DNA from: Nemertoderma westbladi
Taxonomy: Eukaryota; Animalia; Xenacoelomorpha
Direction of reading: 5' to 3'
NCBI GenBank assembly: GCA_032718475.1
Contig: JAUCBJ010007933.1
Coordinates: 1-38,586, forward strand
DNA length: 38,586 nucleotides
Shown piece by piece: positions 36,108-38,586 of the stretch. The notes beneath the pieces were generated by a model. The model made no database searches. It saw only the letters and a list, made by a program, of their open reading frames with translations, and was not told where the DNA came from. The position numbers and the translations under genes were made by a program. Numbering within the stretch: the stretch's first letter is position 1; every line of letters starts with the position of its first letter.

Positions 36108-38586
36108 ATACTACTACTAAGTCGAGCGAACTCGGACAGTGGGAATGAGATCCTTCCAGGCTTCCCGATTCTCCATAGTTGTCGCAATTTCGTTTCTCCC
36201 AAGTTCAGTATCCCTTTCAAGTTGATCTATATATGTGATGGCCGGTCGTCCACGACTACGCTTTCCAATGAGTTGGTTGCCAGAAAAGTAGATCTGGTAT
36301 GACCTCGTCTTTACTTCGCCAGCAGTGCCCACTAAATCTTAATCTGCGTTCACGGATGGTGGTTGATACAGGTGGTATTGTACCATAAAGCTTGGAATTT
36401 GTCATGTGTTGTCTCCAGCTGATGTTAGGGCTGCCCTTACTAGTCTTGTGTAGCAACCATCAATTAGTTTTATTGGTTTAGTCAGTGTCCAGGTCTCACC
36501 CCCGTATAAAAATACGCTTTCCACTGTGGCTCAAAACAACTGGGGAGATCTGATTTCCAAATGGTATCCATTTTTGATAGAGCTGCCTAAGCCTTTGCTT
36601 TCCTAACTTCTATGTCCTTTTTGCTACTCTCTATCCATGATCCTAGGTACTGGAAGTCGTCAACCTTCCTTAGTTGATTATTATCAATGGTTGTCAAGTT
36701 TCCATCAACATTAAAGGTCATGAATTCGGTCTTGGTAGCATTTATATGCAATCCAACCTCTTTAGCAGCCCTCTCCACTTTATTCAGTAGAAGCTGCGCA
36801 TCTTCTAGCGTATTAGAGAGCAGGGAAATGTCATCCGCGAAGTCGGCGTCTGTGACTGTAGTTGCCGGATATCTACTACTTCTGCGTTCTTGAAGTGTGA
36901 ATCCCAGATCTTCACCCTTTGTGGCCGTCCTCATTGCGTATTCCAGTACAATTACACATAGTAATGGTGCTAATGTGTCACCTTGCAGTACGCCAGCCAG
37001 GATTGAGAAAAACTCAGTTTCACGATCTGGTGAGAGTACCTGTGCTTCTGTGTCACAATATGACAATCCAATGCCAGCAACGATTACTTCTGCTATTCCA
37101 TAAGCTCTTAGGATTTCAAGCATTTTACCTCTATGGATGGAGTCGAATGCCTTCTTGAAGTCCACAAAAGTCATGACTGCGGGGAGATTCTTTGACTTAA
37201 TTCCTTCAATCAGTCTCTGTAGTGCAAGTATCTGAGCTATTGTTGATCTACTTGGTCGAAATCCCTTTTGGCTCTTACGCAGTAGTTTCTCTATGTGAGG
37301 CCTAATCCTATATAGAATCATTTTATTGTATATTTTGGCAGCTACCACAAGCAGACAGATCCCACGATAGTTTGTAGGTATGCCGAGGTCTCCTTTCTCG
37401 GGGAGAGGCTTTAGTTGACCTTTAGTTCAAATTGGTGGTGGCTTTTCCCCTTTTAACATCCGGTTGCAAACATTCAATAATGGTCTGTTTAGCAGTCCGG
37501 TTTTCCATACCTCCGCTGGGATTTCATCTAATCCACTCGCATTATTATTGGGCATGCTTTTAATGCTTCTTTGGAGTTCGGCAGGTGTGAAGTCCCCTGT
37601 TTCTATAGGTAGTGTCTTGTCATATATTTTCCTTGTAGGGCTGACCTCGATGTTTGGTGGCTGCCCAAGCAAGGTGCTGAAGTGATTTTTCCACTTCCCC
37701 ACACGTTCTTCGGGACTATTGGCTTTGAGGTGCCCCTTTGCACAACTTTTCCGACCAAATACCTCATTCACAGTTTGCCAGGTAAGTCTTCATTGTTGCT
37801 GTATGTGAGCAGTTGTAATTGCTTCAATTTCATCCTGTATGTACTTTTCCTGGCTGGGATGTTGTAGGCCAATTTAAGATCATCCTTAGCTTTCTCAACC
37901 TTGTTAATGTTTTCGGTTGTTGGTTGTTTGGTTTTTACTTTGTAGGCTATCTTAAGATCTTCTCTCTTACAAGTAACCTCAGAGTTTTGCCATGGCAAAA
38001 AATGTATTCGTTTGGGTTTCTGGGGGATATGCCTCTAAGCTGATTCCTTGTGGGCTTTTATTATATTCTGGTATATTGAATCGGTGGACTGGTCTTCATC
38101 CATTGACTAAAGTGCTTCAAAGCGGTTTTGAACTTCTACTATGTAAGCATCCTTTACTGCATTGTCAGTTCTGAGTTTCTCCCAGTCATAGTTGATTTGC
38201 CCATTTGCCCATTAGGGTATTGAAAGGTCCATAGCTTCGATATTTGATTTGCTTGCTTGTCCTGGGTTTGCTGGCTCTCAAACTGAGTCTGATCTCTGCA
38301 GTCACAATTCTGTGGTCCGAACCAATTAGGTTGAACGAGCTGTATGCCTCGCAGATGATCATGCTGTTTCTCCACTTTTTGTTTATAAGGATGTAATCCA
38401 GTTGTGCTTTGGTTCCATTAGGGTATTGAAAGGTCCATAGCTTCCCCTTACTCTTTTCGAATGTGTTGTTTGTTGGTATCAATTCACATTCTTCCATTAG
38501 GTCTAAAAGTAAGTACCCATTTCTATTAGAACTGGGTGTTATATGTGTAACCCTTGATGTCTTCTGGGCCTATTTGCGCATTCAGG
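36108..38586 (-). mobile_element. RTE/RTE-X-like LINE, decayed; 5' part runs off the window
   Basis: APE end QLDYILI...SDHRIV. RT motifs NYRGICL, QKGFR, FVDFKKAFDS, GVLQGDTLAP, DFADD, FQYLGS. C-terminus RRLRFSGHCWR...RGRP and (TAG)n 3' tail at ~36109-36119. Many frameshifts. Confidence 0.9.

Overview
AT-rich metazoan (probably invertebrate) nuclear DNA made mostly of transposable elements. The main parts are: a TTAA-flanked piggyBac-like non-autonomous element with ~163-bp internal tandem repeats (3-1565); three phase-compatible minus-strand exons of a host PAN/apple plus EGF-like protein (4155-5098); a full-length two-ORF L2/CR1-group LINE with a 17-bp TSD (6120-10724); and a full-length 15.5-kb BEL/Pao LTR retrotransposon (11741-27215, minus, ~1.19-kb near-identical LTRs, ATGAT TSD) inserted into the pol of an older Pao element. 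Further along are a plus-strand signal-peptide/propeptide exon followed by a tRNA-derived SINE, a cluster of foldback and hairpin MITEs, a decayed CRE-clade RLE retrotransposon, a pure A/T minisatellite and a decayed RTE-like LINE. The most striking signal is that the BEL/Pao element has no tRNA-type PBS. Instead, the 11 nt abutting its 5' LTR are perfectly complementary to an 11-mer inside its own LTR, the geometry of Tf1-type self-priming, which I do not know from BEL/Pao elements. All calls were made by eye, without alignments or database searches.
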